From Candidatus Latescibacterota bacterium (GTDB lineage: Bacteria > Latescibacterota > UBA2968 > SICM01), in the NCBI GenBank assembly GCA_965217865.1, contig CBDCJO010000002.1, positions 2,336,001 through 2,400,000 on the forward strand: a stretch of DNA of 64,000 nucleotides, read 5' to 3'. Of the stretch, positions 38,395-48,713 are shown piece by piece. Below the pieces are notes generated by a model. It had not been told where the DNA came from. It was given only the letters and a program-made list of their open reading frames with translations, and searched no databases. How positions within the stretch are numbered: the stretch's first letter is position 1; every line of letters starts with the position of its first letter. The translations under genes and the position numbers were made by a program.

Positions 38395-41067
38395 CTACTC
38401 GTAACCTTGAATCACCAACCTTTGTACCGGCTCTTTCCGGACCGGCGCTCTTAATGGATTTTTTTCGTCGAGATCCCTCCCGATTATCTCAGAGAGGCGT
38501 TTCTCGGCCTCGGCATACCCCCCGGAGTCCTTGTCCATCGCCCGGGCAACGGCCGATTTCAGAACCGCCACATGCCCATTCCGAATCCCGCTATAGTTGA
38601 TCATCACCTCAACCACCTGACGTGCGTTGTATTCCTTGTAGTCTTCGATGCAGTGGTTGCAGAACGCGGCGTAAATCGGATCCCCCGTCATCTCATACGC
38701 CATCGCGCACGCGGTCGCCCCAGGATGGCCGGTGCTGTCGAGGGCAATGGCATTGTCAGCGTCCGCCATAACCGTATCGCGAAGCAGGGGGCTTTCAAAA
38801 AGCCGGAGCCCCTCGTAAAAGGTGGGATAGAGCGTGCCCTGGTAGTTATGCGGTTGATGCTCGCCTTCCAGCACAGCCTCATCCCCCAGGTCGCCCCTCG
38901 TGTAGACACTCACAGGAAAGGACCCCGGTTTGTCCTGTGTTCGCAGATACCAGTTCAGGCTTCTTCTGGCAAGATCCCCGTACTTTCTCCCCCACGTATT
39001 CAGGTAGGCCTCGATCACACAGAGCAACGGACCGGTGAACTCTCGGTTCAGGGCTCCAGTCGGGTTGGAGTAGATCCCCGCATCCTCCTGGATCCGAACC
39101 GCTCGATCCGCAGGCTCGAGCGCGATCTCCCGCATGCGCCCCTCGCCGGTGAAATAGTAGTGCATAAAAAGGGCGGTGTTCACCGTATGGGACGGACTGT
39201 AACCCCCGCTCCATTGATGGGCATTGTGGTAGTGCACAAGGCCTACCGCCTCCGGTCGCCCGGGATTGGCGTGACAGATTCCCACCTCCCCCATCGCCCG
39301 GCTGTGTCCGCACGCAGCCAGGAAGAACCGCCTGTCTCCCGTTCTTAAGAACTGCGTCCACAGGCCCCAACACGGGTCATCCGCCTCATTATTGTACGGG
39401 CCCACATAACTCATGTCCTCCGGATGCATAAGATACGCCAGCACGGGGGGGGTTCCTGCGTGCGAGCAGCACATGTTCCCGAACCGCCAGAAGCCCCAGA
39501 GGCGAGCCCGGTGCATCGGTTCGATGGCCACCTTCTCCGTAACAGCGTCCAGAAGCCTGTCCAGTTCCTCGAACCTGGGATCGGCCCCCCCGAATACGTC
39601 ACGGGTCGCCATCGTCGACCACATGTAAGCCGGATCCGCGGGCGCGATCACCGGTTCCTGAACGCAGATCCCCAGGGACTCGGCCTCCTCATCCGAGATC
39701 GCATCCCCGCTGAATCGCATCCAGAACTCGTGCGTCTTGCCAGCCCCGATCCCATCGTTCGTTCCTGTGTCATTGTATGAGGCCGTTCTTCCTGGTGCAT
39801 ATTTATCGATCATCGACTCGATCCAGCGAACGTCCTCCTCCGTCTCGCCTGAAAAGCTCTTGAGATTCAGGGGGGCCGTCGGATATCGCTCCAGGATCTC
39901 CTTAACGGTCGCCTCATCCCGGTCTTTTGCCCGTGCAGAGGGATCTCCCATCTGGCCGCTGAAATAGGCAGGTTGCTCCTTCCACGGCGTATCGAAGGTC
40001 ACGGGTTCCCTGTACTCCGCCGGCCATAATTTTACATCGATCCCATCCCGCGTCAGCCCATATCCCTTCGGATACTGCTGCCAGAAGTCCCGAATCGAAA
40101 CGAACGCAGAGGCCACATCCCCGCAAAGACTCGCCCACCCCCGAGTTTTCTCCCCTTCCCCGAAGGGTTCCTCGTCACGCGTTACCTGGTAGGAAATATC
40201 CGAGTCCTGAAGAAACCTCCCCTCCTCCCATCGCTCCGCCCAGTGCGCATTCTCCTGTCCCCCGAATCCCATCCTCAGATCATCCCCAAGATCCAGCGGA
40301 AAGAACAGTCCGACCTCAGAAAACGCCATGGCATTCGGGTCCTGGTCGAACACAAACGTGTGAAATATTCGCAAGTCGTTCCGACCTGCATAGGCGTGGA
40401 TCCGAACCGTATACGGACACAGATGAAGACCATTGTTTGAGGCATGATATCCCTTCACACAGACGCAGACCCGCATCGGTCCGGCCTCTTCCACAACCAC
40501 CCTCGGCGTCGGGCCTGCTCGAAACGAGTCATAAACCTCTCCGTGTGTGTCAACCAGATACAGATAGGGACCCGGGCCGCCCCGAAACACATCGTGCCAG
40601 TCATCCCCCTTCCTAATCCAACACCCCGAAAGGAAATCCCTGGCGCGCTGGAACAAAGCCACCTGCGGCTGTCCCCCCCTTGGCGGGAGCCGGAAGTCCA
40701 GTCGAAGCCCACCTGTGTCGACTCGGAGACGCCCCTCGCTCCGCTCCGCCGAAACCCCCTGTCCCGGGTCAACCGCCTCGACCCCGGGCCCATATTCCAG
40801 GAAATATTCCCCCGTTTTATCCGCCTCCAGATCCGCCTGGAAGTCCACCAGAAGCCACTTTACGTACTTCAAATCCCGGTTCCAGGTGGCCAGACACGTG
40901 GCTTGCGTGGGGAGGGCCTTTCCGTCGGGGCCCACCGCTCGGACCGGGGACCCGCGTTCGAGGTCTCCGTCCGCGAACGGCACCCCCTGCGTGATCGGCC
41001 AGGCCTTTCGTTCGACCCCACCCGGGTTCTCGATCGTTAACTTAATCCGGTTGGTCTTCTTCGACAT
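38395..41067 (-). CDS. YetA/PcRGLX-related 890-aa protein
   Basis: WPITQGVPF, VKWLLVDFQ, RDFWQQYPKG, KTHE, LWGFWRFG, YNNE. Confidence 0.8.
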   Translation of the reverse strand: MSKKTNRIKLTIENPGGVERKAWPITQGVPFADGDLERGSPVRAVGPDGKALPTQATCLATWNRDLKYVKWLLVDFQADLEADKTGEYFLEYGPGVEAVDPGQGVSAERSEGRLRVDTGGLRLDFRLPPRGGQPQVALFQRARDFLSGCWIRKGDDWHDVFRGGPGPYLYLVDTHGEVYDSFRAGPTPRVVVEEAGPMRVCVCVKGYHASNNGLHLCPYTVRIHAYAGRNDLRIFHTFVFDQDPNAMAFSEVGLFFPLDLGDDLRMGFGGQENAHWAERWEEGRFLQDSDISYQVTRDEEPFGEGEKTRGWASLCGDVASAFVSIRDFWQQYPKGYGLTRDGIDVKLWPAEYREPVTFDTPWKEQPAYFSGQMGDPSARAKDRDEATVKEILERYPTAPLNLKSFSGETEEDVRWIESMIDKYAPGRTASYNDTGTNDGIGAGKTHEFWMRFSGDAISDEEAESLGICVQEPVIAPADPAYMWSTMATRDVFGGADPRFEELDRLLDAVTEKVAIEPMHRARLWGFWRFGNMCCSHAGTPPVLAYLMHPEDMSYVGPYNNEADDPCWGLWTQFLRTGDRRFFLAACGHSRAMGEVGICHANPGRPEAVGLVHYHNAHQWSGGYSPSHTVNTALFMHYYFTGEGRMREIALEPADRAVRIQEDAGIYSNPTGALNREFTGPLLCVIEAYLNTWGRKYGDLARRSLNWYLRTQDKPGSFPVSVYTRGDLGDEAVLEGEHQPHNYQGTLYPTFYEGLRLFESPLLRDTVMADADNAIALDSTGHPGATACAMAYEMTGDPIYAAFCNHCIEDYKEYNARQVVEVMINYSGIRNGHVAVLKSAVARAMDKDSGGYAEAEKRLSEIIGRDLDEKNPLRAPVRKEPVQRLVIQGYE

Positions 41068-41160
41068 AATGCTTCCTCCAAATTCTCCCTTTGGGACGTG
41101 GAAAATATTAACTGTTCTTCAAAGATAATCTCTGATTAATTCTAAGCGCCAGCGAAGCAT

Positions 41161-41232
41161 GTCCTGAGCCCTTCAACTTCGTTCAGGATAAACTCCGTGG
41201 CCGTTCTTTGGCCACGGAGTCGAAGGGAATCT
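41161..41232. repeat. REP-like nested palindromic element / possible terminator
   Basis: 11-bp stem actccgtggcc/ggccacggagt (41192-41220) inside cccttc...gaaggg, followed by a T run. Confidence 0.55.
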
Positions 41233-41267
41233 CTTTTTTTGAATTCATCTCGTACCGAACTCCCTCT

Positions 41268-42062
41268 TCACACCTCCTCCCACAATTTCCGCACCGCTTT
41301 TGCGCAATGCCTGGCCACTTCCTCCCGTCGCTCGACGGGCCAGTCGCTTTCGATCACCGTCACCAGACCGTCATACCCCAATCGTTTGAACGCCTTGAAC
41401 ACAGCCGCCCAGTCCTGCGCGCCCGGCTCATCGGGCAGGACACCGGACACCCACAGCTTCCCGTTCTTCTCCATCGTGGCCTCTTCACCCGGCTTTGCTT
41501 CACGTGTGGAATGAATCAAGATGTTTCGAGTCACACCAAAGAATTCGGGGATACAGCCCAGGTAGTCCTCGCCCGTGACACTCAGGTGGAGTGCATCGTA
41601 AAGCAGGGTGTAGTTCGGGTGGTCAACTGCCTTAAAGTGCTGCCGTGTTCCATCAACCGTCTCCAGGGAGCCCCCCACGTGGTTGTTGCTGGCCAGCGTC
41701 ACCTGGTATGCTTTGGCCTCATCAGCAGCCTTCCTCAGCCAGGAGGGCTCGCCTCCGATCTTCAGAAGTCCGCACGCCACATCCCTGCACAAATCGAGAT
41801 ACCGATGATAGAAGTCATCCCGTTCCTGGCCGGAACCCGGCATCCCCCTGGCGGTCAGGCAGGTGACCGGAAGCCCGTGGTCCTTCGCGATCCCGAGCAA
41901 TTCCCTTCGCTCCCCAACCGGTGTATCGGGATTGACCTGAGTGCGACGCAACTCAATCCCGCCGTACTCGGCGGATTTGGCGATTCCACAAAACTGGGGA
42001 AAGGTGACGGACTGTGAGGTGTAGTTGATCTCAAACAGAAAACCGCTCAGGGACAAAAGCAT
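41268..42062 (-). CDS. Sugar-phosphate isomerase/epimerase-family TIM-barrel protein
   Basis: YGGIELR, NNH, LYDALH, FKRLGYDGLVTVIE. Confidence 0.8.
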   Translation of the reverse strand: MLLSLSGFLFEINYTSQSVTFPQFCGIAKSAEYGGIELRRTQVNPDTPVGERRELLGIAKDHGLPVTCLTARGMPGSGQERDDFYHRYLDLCRDVACGLLKIGGEPSWLRKAADEAKAYQVTLASNNHVGGSLETVDGTRQHFKAVDHPNYTLLYDALHLSVTGEDYLGCIPEFFGVTRNILIHSTREAKPGEEATMEKNGKLWVSGVLPDEPGAQDWAAVFKAFKRLGYDGLVTVIESDWPVERREEVARHCAKAVRKLWEEV

Positions 42063-42090
42063 AATTCATCCTCCTGGCCGCGCTACCCTA

Positions 42091-44478
42091 TCACAGTATC
42101 CTCAAATCCTCCAGCATCCCTGACTTATCGGCATAGTATAGAAACGGGGGCCAGAATCGATAGGGCTCACACGCACCACCGCCCGCCCCCACGTGTGAAC
42201 CCTTGATTGGATCCCGCTGTACGATGGCCAATTCGAAGTTCAGAATCCCAAGTCTCATCCACTCCGGGTCACCGGTCTGTTCCCAGAGGTAACCCAGCGG
42301 CTCCAGAATGAAATCGCTCTCACCCGGTGCATAGTAGTTCCGACGCAGAATCGAAGTCTTGACGCCCAACCCCTCTGGCGTGAACAACCTCGTCTTGGCC
42401 TTCTCCATAGCAGGTACAAGGATGTTCCATGCCCGCTCGTTACCCGTCATGCGGTGATAATGCGTGAGCGCCTGACAGATCACACCCCTCCCGAGGATGC
42501 TCCCACCCATTTCACCCTCGACGATCGGGCCGAAGGCCGGGAAGACCATGTCACCGTCCTCCCTGATCCATTGTTCAAGCCAGTCCATGATCGCATCACA
42601 GGCCTTGACATATCGCTCGTTCGGGAAATACTCGTTCATTGTGGAGAGGGCGACCAGGGGCCACCCCTGTACGCGCTCGAGCTGTTTAATGCGATGCCGT
42701 CCTTCCTCGATGGCGGTGCAAAAATGATCAGCCCGCGCAATCGCCACCTCGCGGGCACGCTCGTACCCGGTGAGGAGATAGAACAGGAGCGGCCCCTCAA
42801 GCCATTGGTGGCACAATGTCGGTTGGCTGAACGCACCGTGTCTCACCTGGTGGTAGCGTTGGGAACCGACCCACCATCCATGGGATGCTTCATGATGGGT
42901 GTCCACATCGATCATGTGGTGGATCATCATCTCGATCGAACCGAAAGGGCGCGGGTAACCTGTCCTGAGCATATAAAGCAGCATGGCCCCCGGGAAGTCC
43001 ATCTCATTGTTCTGCCACTGACCCCCTCGACCTGGGTTCCAGTAGTCCCCAAAGTCCAGAAAAGTAGAGCCTCGCCAGGCCGATCCCGCCCCTCCGAACC
43101 AACCCTCGAAGATCCGACGGAACATGAACTCCATCCAAGGGTATTTCGTGGTATTGTATTCGAAGATGGGTCCGAACACCTCCGTCTTCTGAAGCCAGTT
43201 CGAATCCCCGTAGGTGGGTGCGACGGGCTCCTCCATAGCCAGAACCTGGCGCTTATAGGCCAGAACCGCCTCCCGGTCCTCCAGTTCCGATCCCTCTGAC
43301 ACCATCAGGTTGAGTTCGTGCGTCTTAGCCGTGCCCCTCCAGAGTTCAAGAGGGACGTTCTCGAAGTTCCAGTAGAGGTTCAGTGCGATATCGGCTCCAT
43401 CGACCTCGATCTTCTTCGGGGCTTGAGGATAAAAGTTTCGGCAGGTCAGGCTCACCCGAATCCCGTCGCCGCATATGAGCCCGGAACCCACAATCGGATA
43501 CAACAGGCTCGATCCTCCGATCTTCTCCTCGACCCCGTCCCCGAACCGTATCGAACACTTATCGCCCGCCCGTCGCTCCATCGTATGGTTGATCTCAGGG
43601 AGACGGTCCTTGCACCCGACGTGGGGGCCAAGAATTTCAGCCGAATACTTTGTCTCGGGAATAGGAACGGTCTTGATCGAAAGGCCCACACGGCCATTCC
43701 TGGTAGGATGGATGCTGTCATTCAGGCATTGACCGATCATGTAACCGACGCCGATCTTCTCCAGGGTTGTGGGAATGTGAAAGGAGAGATCGTCCACATA
43801 CACGTCCCGGCCCTCCAGGTTGGTGATCGTGTGAAAAATTCTCAGAAATGGCTTCCCTGCGAACGCATAGACACGCGTGGTGAGATCAAGACACGCCGAG
43901 CCGTCATCCGCAACGAATTTGCCGTCGCATCGGACAACAGCCCGAAACGGATTTCGCTCCTCGACACTAACGCTGACGGAATCTCCCTTCGCGGAAAAGG
44001 TTTTCTTTCCCTCCGTCATCTTGCAAAAAGGGACTCCTTCCGCCAGTAGTGAACGACCCCTGTAAGTCAGCTCGTCAAAAGGCATGTGTCCGCCGAACCT
44101 GAATATCACCCTCAGATCGCCGCTGTCGACGATCACCTCACCGCCTGTTTCGACCAGTTTGACAGCCCGGGAGGGATCTACGGCAGGCCTGACTTGAGGG
44201 CCGAATTGAAGCGACAGTTCCTTCCTCTCGTTGCCTTTCAGATCCACCTGGAAATCCAGCAAGATCCACCGGATGCTGCCGTCATCCCAACTCGTCGTGA
44301 CCTTACCGATGACCGGCAGTTCCCGATCGCCATCCCGCAGGCAGATATGACATTCACTGTGCAGTGCGCCTTTGGGGAACGGGACGCCCATCGTGATCGG
44401 CCACTGCTTCCGATTGACCGCCGACGGTTCCCACAGTAGAAGCGGAACCTGGCCTTCTTGATCGGAACTTGAAAACAT
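42091..44478 (-). CDS. YetA/PcRGLX-related protein
   Basis: WPITMGVPFPKG, SWDDGSIRWILLDFQ, NFYPQAPK, AKTHE, DFGD, WQNNE, HMIDVD. Confidence 0.8.
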   Translation of the reverse strand: MFSSSDQEGQVPLLLWEPSAVNRKQWPITMGVPFPKGALHSECHICLRDGDRELPVIGKVTTSWDDGSIRWILLDFQVDLKGNERKELSLQFGPQVRPAVDPSRAVKLVETGGEVIVDSGDLRVIFRFGGHMPFDELTYRGRSLLAEGVPFCKMTEGKKTFSAKGDSVSVSVEERNPFRAVVRCDGKFVADDGSACLDLTTRVYAFAGKPFLRIFHTITNLEGRDVYVDDLSFHIPTTLEKIGVGYMIGQCLNDSIHPTRNGRVGLSIKTVPIPETKYSAEILGPHVGCKDRLPEINHTMERRAGDKCSIRFGDGVEEKIGGSSLLYPIVGSGLICGDGIRVSLTCRNFYPQAPKKIEVDGADIALNLYWNFENVPLELWRGTAKTHELNLMVSEGSELEDREAVLAYKRQVLAMEEPVAPTYGDSNWLQKTEVFGPIFEYNTTKYPWMEFMFRRIFEGWFGGAGSAWRGSTFLDFGDYWNPGRGGQWQNNEMDFPGAMLLYMLRTGYPRPFGSIEMMIHHMIDVDTHHEASHGWWVGSQRYHQVRHGAFSQPTLCHQWLEGPLLFYLLTGYERAREVAIARADHFCTAIEEGRHRIKQLERVQGWPLVALSTMNEYFPNERYVKACDAIMDWLEQWIREDGDMVFPAFGPIVEGEMGGSILGRGVICQALTHYHRMTGNERAWNILVPAMEKAKTRLFTPEGLGVKTSILRRNYYAPGESDFILEPLGYLWEQTGDPEWMRLGILNFELAIVQRDPIKGSHVGAGGGACEPYRFWPPFLYYADKSGMLEDLRIL

Positions 44479-44616
44479 AGCTTCTCCTTTAGAGAACACT
44501 TCAGGTTAGCCCCGAGTTGGAACAACGAGCGAAGCACGAACACAGCGAGTCAGTGGTGGAAGGTTCTGTATTTGATTTCAAATCTTCATTCTTCAATCTA
44601 CAATTCTCATTCTCCT

Positions 44617-47358
44617 CTATCCGTCCTTCAACACCGATAACCGAACCTTGACCCCTTCGGGATTCGAGACCGCAACCGGGACATCCCGCAGCGCCTCGGG
44701 TAGGGAAAGTGAGTAGTCCAAGCCTTCGGTTTTCCGTTCCCACGAAACCTTCACGAGACCGTGTGGGGTGGTCAGTGTTGCGGCCAGTCGCTCAAGTCCG
44801 GACGCGTGCGGGTCTACCCCGATCCTCCGGTAACCGGGCTCTAGCGGAAAGAACCCCGCGAGATATCGCGAAAAAAGAAAAACGGGCGAGCTCGAAGTGC
44901 CTTGGCACTGAGAGGCGTCGTCTTCCCAGACTTCCCAGAAAGTCGTGGCGCCGGCGTCCAGCATATTCCCGAAGCCCCGCTTCAGCCAACCAAGCGCGAG
45001 CTCATCGCATCCCGCCTCGAATAGGGCTGAGGCGGCCTGCCTCGAAAAGTGTGCGGATGCGGGGAGGATGCGGATGTCCGTCCGGTTCGCGAAGGCGTTC
45101 TTCATGATCTCCTGCCTCTTCTCCTCCGGGGCCACCCCGAACTTTACGGCCAGGGCATTCCCGGTCTGGCTGTAGAGTCGTTCTGCCAGCGGGTTGTCGA
45201 TTCCATCGCGATACATCCCCTCCTCCTCATCGAACAGATGCGTGTTGATGGCCTCGCGCAGCGCACTTGCGATCGAACCGTACTCCTCTGTTTCCTCAAC
45301 CCGTCCCAGAAATTTGGCCATCTCCTGCGCTTTGACCAAGGCCCCGTGATAATAACTGTTCATCGTTGTCAGGACACCGATTGCCTGCTCCTTCTTTCCG
45401 CCTGAGTAGGAGTAGAGGTGAGATCCCCAGTCCACGAACAGCGTATCCAAATTGGCGATCAACCCGTCGCGCGTCCGGTGCCGTTCCCAGTGGCGGATCA
45501 TCCGTCCAATCGTATCAAGGAGGTAATGCGCGAAGGTCTCGTCGCCGGTATGCATAAAGTGTCGCCATGCCCCGACCACGAAAAGGGACATATGACATTG
45601 CAGCGGCTGGCGCGGAAACCAGCGCCCGGGGGCGTATCCCGCCAGCTGGCCATCCTCCTGTTGGGTGATGGTGAACTCTTGAAGAGCCCTGCCGGGGCTC
45701 GAATATTCCCCGAACGCGTAATAACCCCCCGCCACGTTTCCCACCGTGCAGTCCATCCACTGGGCGTGCTCCCGCTCAGGATTGTCCATGTAAATCTCAC
45801 AACAATTCAGAACCGATGTTCGCCGTGCGACTTCCCAAATCCGGTCCACCAGAGGATCGTCCGTCTCGAACGTGACCTCAGGGGCTTCGAGATAAACTTT
45901 CTCTTCCAGCGCAATCCCGGAGACCGTCACGTCCCCGTTAAAACCCTCGAAGATCAATTGCAAATGTCGAAATGTCCGCGCCTCGAAAGCAAGGTAATCG
46001 CAGTCTCCGGCCGGAACTTCCAGAATATCGACCGCGTTTTCAAACATCTTGGAACAATTGAGGTAATTATCCCGATAGTCGAACCCGTATGCCAAGATCA
46101 ACCGTCCAGGAGATTCCGCCTCCACACGAAGGTGTAATGTCCCGGCGACGACGTCCCCGAAATCCACAACCGCGAATGGCAACCCTTCCCCTCCTTTCGG
46201 CACCCTTACCGAGTCCCCCCTGACCACAATATTGTCGTCTCCTCCCAATCGCACGTGAGAGCTGATCTTTTCAGCCAGAGAAAGCTCCTGCACCTCCACC
46301 GGAATGGTTTCTCCATCCACCTCCCATCCCTCTGGATCGATCACGCCCCGGAATCCCAGCCGTAAAGTTTGCCACTCCATCTCGTGGTAAAGGCCGAGCC
46401 GGGGGTGAACTTCGATCTCCAGCCGGTTGGCTCCCCGGGCTGTCTTCGCCCCGCCGGCTGGAATCATAAAACAGGGAAGGCTCATACATTCCGGTTTGTA
46501 CACGACCTGATTCTCATAGACCGTTCCTCCATTCAGATCGATCCGGTGCGCGATCCGGGCCGAAGTCGAGATGTCCAGCTGGTCCTCTTCCGAACAGTCA
46601 AACCGCTTCGTCAGGACGATCGGTTCGTTCGATCCGCGTCGATCGGCGATCTCCTTGAGGTTGAAGACCATGGCCGATTCAATAGAAAGACATCGTCCCT
46701 TGTCCATCGTCTGGATGGGTGCGTAGATATCCTCTCTTTTGGGCCTGTCGCGCCACTCATAGACAGAAAGCTTCTCGGCCAACCCCTCCTCTAAAACCTT
46801 TGCGGGCCCGAACTGGAGTTTTCGACTGAAACCCGAAAGGCGGGCTTCGTCTCGTGGGGCCAACCGAACTTTCTCAAAGATGATCGTCCCGTTTCCCCCG
46901 ATCGCGATCAGCTCTCGCCACCCTTCGATGACAGCGATTTCCCACGATCTGTCGGTGGCCAGTGAGACCTTGCCTTCCTCGCAGGAGACGGATGCTTCCA
47001 GAATCATTCCGGGGTGAAAAGGCCGGTAGTTTTTATTCAGGAAGGGATCGCTGCGCACAACGGCCTCGACGGTGTTTTCGCCAGATCGAAACCAGGTCCC
47101 CGCGTCGTCGACCGTGTCCGAGAAGAGGTACTGGTCCCCGGAGAAAAAGCCTCTCCGGCTCTTAACCAATCCACCATTCACAAAAAGATCGTAGTGACGA
47201 TCTACCGCCAGTTGAACCCTCGCCTGGTGGACCGCCCCGGGAAGATCGATGACCTTCCGAGCAACCCAGTAGATCGGGGCTTTCGCCGTCTCAATCCAAT
47301 CAACCGGAATATCCGGTCCTATCCAATTCCCCGTCTGGAAGGTTGAGGTCTGGAGCAT
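44617..47358 (-). CDS. GH78 alpha-L-rhamnosidase-like protein
   Basis: VDFG, DNPEREHAQW, FVDW, YSQTGN, GATTFWE, TPHG. Confidence 0.85.
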   Translation of the reverse strand: MLQTSTFQTGNWIGPDIPVDWIETAKAPIYWVARKVIDLPGAVHQARVQLAVDRHYDLFVNGGLVKSRRGFFSGDQYLFSDTVDDAGTWFRSGENTVEAVVRSDPFLNKNYRPFHPGMILEASVSCEEGKVSLATDRSWEIAVIEGWRELIAIGGNGTIIFEKVRLAPRDEARLSGFSRKLQFGPAKVLEEGLAEKLSVYEWRDRPKREDIYAPIQTMDKGRCLSIESAMVFNLKEIADRRGSNEPIVLTKRFDCSEEDQLDISTSARIAHRIDLNGGTVYENQVVYKPECMSLPCFMIPAGGAKTARGANRLEIEVHPRLGLYHEMEWQTLRLGFRGVIDPEGWEVDGETIPVEVQELSLAEKISSHVRLGGDDNIVVRGDSVRVPKGGEGLPFAVVDFGDVVAGTLHLRVEAESPGRLILAYGFDYRDNYLNCSKMFENAVDILEVPAGDCDYLAFEARTFRHLQLIFEGFNGDVTVSGIALEEKVYLEAPEVTFETDDPLVDRIWEVARRTSVLNCCEIYMDNPEREHAQWMDCTVGNVAGGYYAFGEYSSPGRALQEFTITQQEDGQLAGYAPGRWFPRQPLQCHMSLFVVGAWRHFMHTGDETFAHYLLDTIGRMIRHWERHRTRDGLIANLDTLFVDWGSHLYSYSGGKKEQAIGVLTTMNSYYHGALVKAQEMAKFLGRVEETEEYGSIASALREAINTHLFDEEEGMYRDGIDNPLAERLYSQTGNALAVKFGVAPEEKRQEIMKNAFANRTDIRILPASAHFSRQAASALFEAGCDELALGWLKRGFGNMLDAGATTFWEVWEDDASQCQGTSSSPVFLFSRYLAGFFPLEPGYRRIGVDPHASGLERLAATLTTPHGLVKVSWERKTEGLDYSLSLPEALRDVPVAVSNPEGVKVRLSVLKDG

Positions 47359-47378
47359 CTTCCGCCTCCTTAGGTTCT

Positions 47379-48713
47379 TTAAATTTCAACGAACGAATAA
47401 CGAAGAATAAGTAAAACCCCGAGCAGGTAGATCAACCAGCTTACATCTCTTCCCTTTCCGCTGAGGAGCTTCAACGCGGGATAGGAGATAAACCCGAATG
47501 CCAGGCCGTGTGCGATGTTGTACGTCAATGGCATCCCGACGATCGTCAAAAACGCCGGGACGGCCTCGCTCAAATCCGTCCAATCGATCTGAAGAATGCT
47601 TCGGGCCATCATGCATCCGACGAGGATCATCACCGCGGCTGTAACCGGATAGAGCACCCTATCGGGCGAAATTCTGTATCCGCCTCCGATCATCTCTACG
47701 ATGGGAATGAAGAACAGTGCCAGCAGGAATAAAAACCCCGTCATCATATTCGCAAGTCCAGTCCGACCCCCTTCCGCAACGCCTGCGGTGCTTTCGATGT
47801 AACTTGTGACCGTTGAGGTACCCATTGCCGCGCCGACTGACGTTCCGATCGCATCCGACATCAAGATCCGCCCCGCCCTGGGTATTTTCCCGTCTTTCAG
47901 AAATCCCGCCTGTGCACTCACCCCGATCATCGTACCTACGGTATCGAACAGAACCATGTAGAGAAAAATAAAAATGACCGTGGGATAAGCCAGGGCGCCG
48001 AGAATGTCCATCTTCAAGAACGTGGGGGCCATCGAAGGAGGGGAGCTGACAAACCCGTGAAACTCCACAAGTCCTAACGGTAGACCGAGGATCGCAGTCG
48101 CCAGCAGGCCCAGCAGAATCGCGCCCTTGACCTTCCGTATCAACAAAACCGACGTGATGCACAGTCCCGCCAAGGCCAGGATAACCGGGGGTTGTTTGAC
48201 ATCCCCCAGCGCGACCAGGCTGTCTGGATGACCGACCACAATTCCGGCCTGCTGTAAACCGATGAAGGCAATAAAGACTCCGATGGCTGCGCCGATGGCA
48301 TGCTGCAGAGAAGGCGGAACCGCTTCAACGACCATCTCCCTGAGGCGAACGACTGACAGTGCAAAAAAAGCGATGCCTGAGATAAACACCGCACCCAGCG
48401 CAACCTGCCAGGAGACCCCCATCCCAAGAACAACCGTGAAGGTAAAGAAGAAATTCTGACCCATCCCCGGGGCCAGGGCGATGGGATAGTTTGCAAAAAT
48501 GCCCATGATAAAAATAGCGACTGCACTCGAGATACACGTCGCTGCCATGACGGCCCCAAAGTCCATCCCCGCCTGGGAGAGGATGGCGGGTTGGACGAAA
48601 ATGATATAGCTCATCGTGAGGAAGGTTGCGAGGCCTGCGCGCAGCTCTACGCGAACCGTGGTTCCCGATTCCCGAAGACGAAAAAGTCGCTCAAGCCATT
48701 CAAGGGACTTCAT
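47379..48713 (-). CDS. NCS2/AzgA-family purine permease
   Basis: TFLTMSYIIFVQP, APGMG.N.FF, FDTVGT, YIES.AG...GGRTG. Confidence 0.93.
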   Translation of the reverse strand: MKSLEWLERLFRLRESGTTVRVELRAGLATFLTMSYIIFVQPAILSQAGMDFGAVMAATCISSAVAIFIMGIFANYPIALAPGMGQNFFFTFTVVLGMGVSWQVALGAVFISGIAFFALSVVRLREMVVEAVPPSLQHAIGAAIGVFIAFIGLQQAGIVVGHPDSLVALGDVKQPPVILALAGLCITSVLLIRKVKGAILLGLLATAILGLPLGLVEFHGFVSSPPSMAPTFLKMDILGALAYPTVIFIFLYMVLFDTVGTMIGVSAQAGFLKDGKIPRAGRILMSDAIGTSVGAAMGTSTVTSYIESTAGVAEGGRTGLANMMTGFLFLLALFFIPIVEMIGGGYRISPDRVLYPVTAAVMILVGCMMARSILQIDWTDLSEAVPAFLTIVGMPLTYNIAHGLAFGFISYPALKLLSGKGRDVSWLIYLLGVLLILRYSFVEI

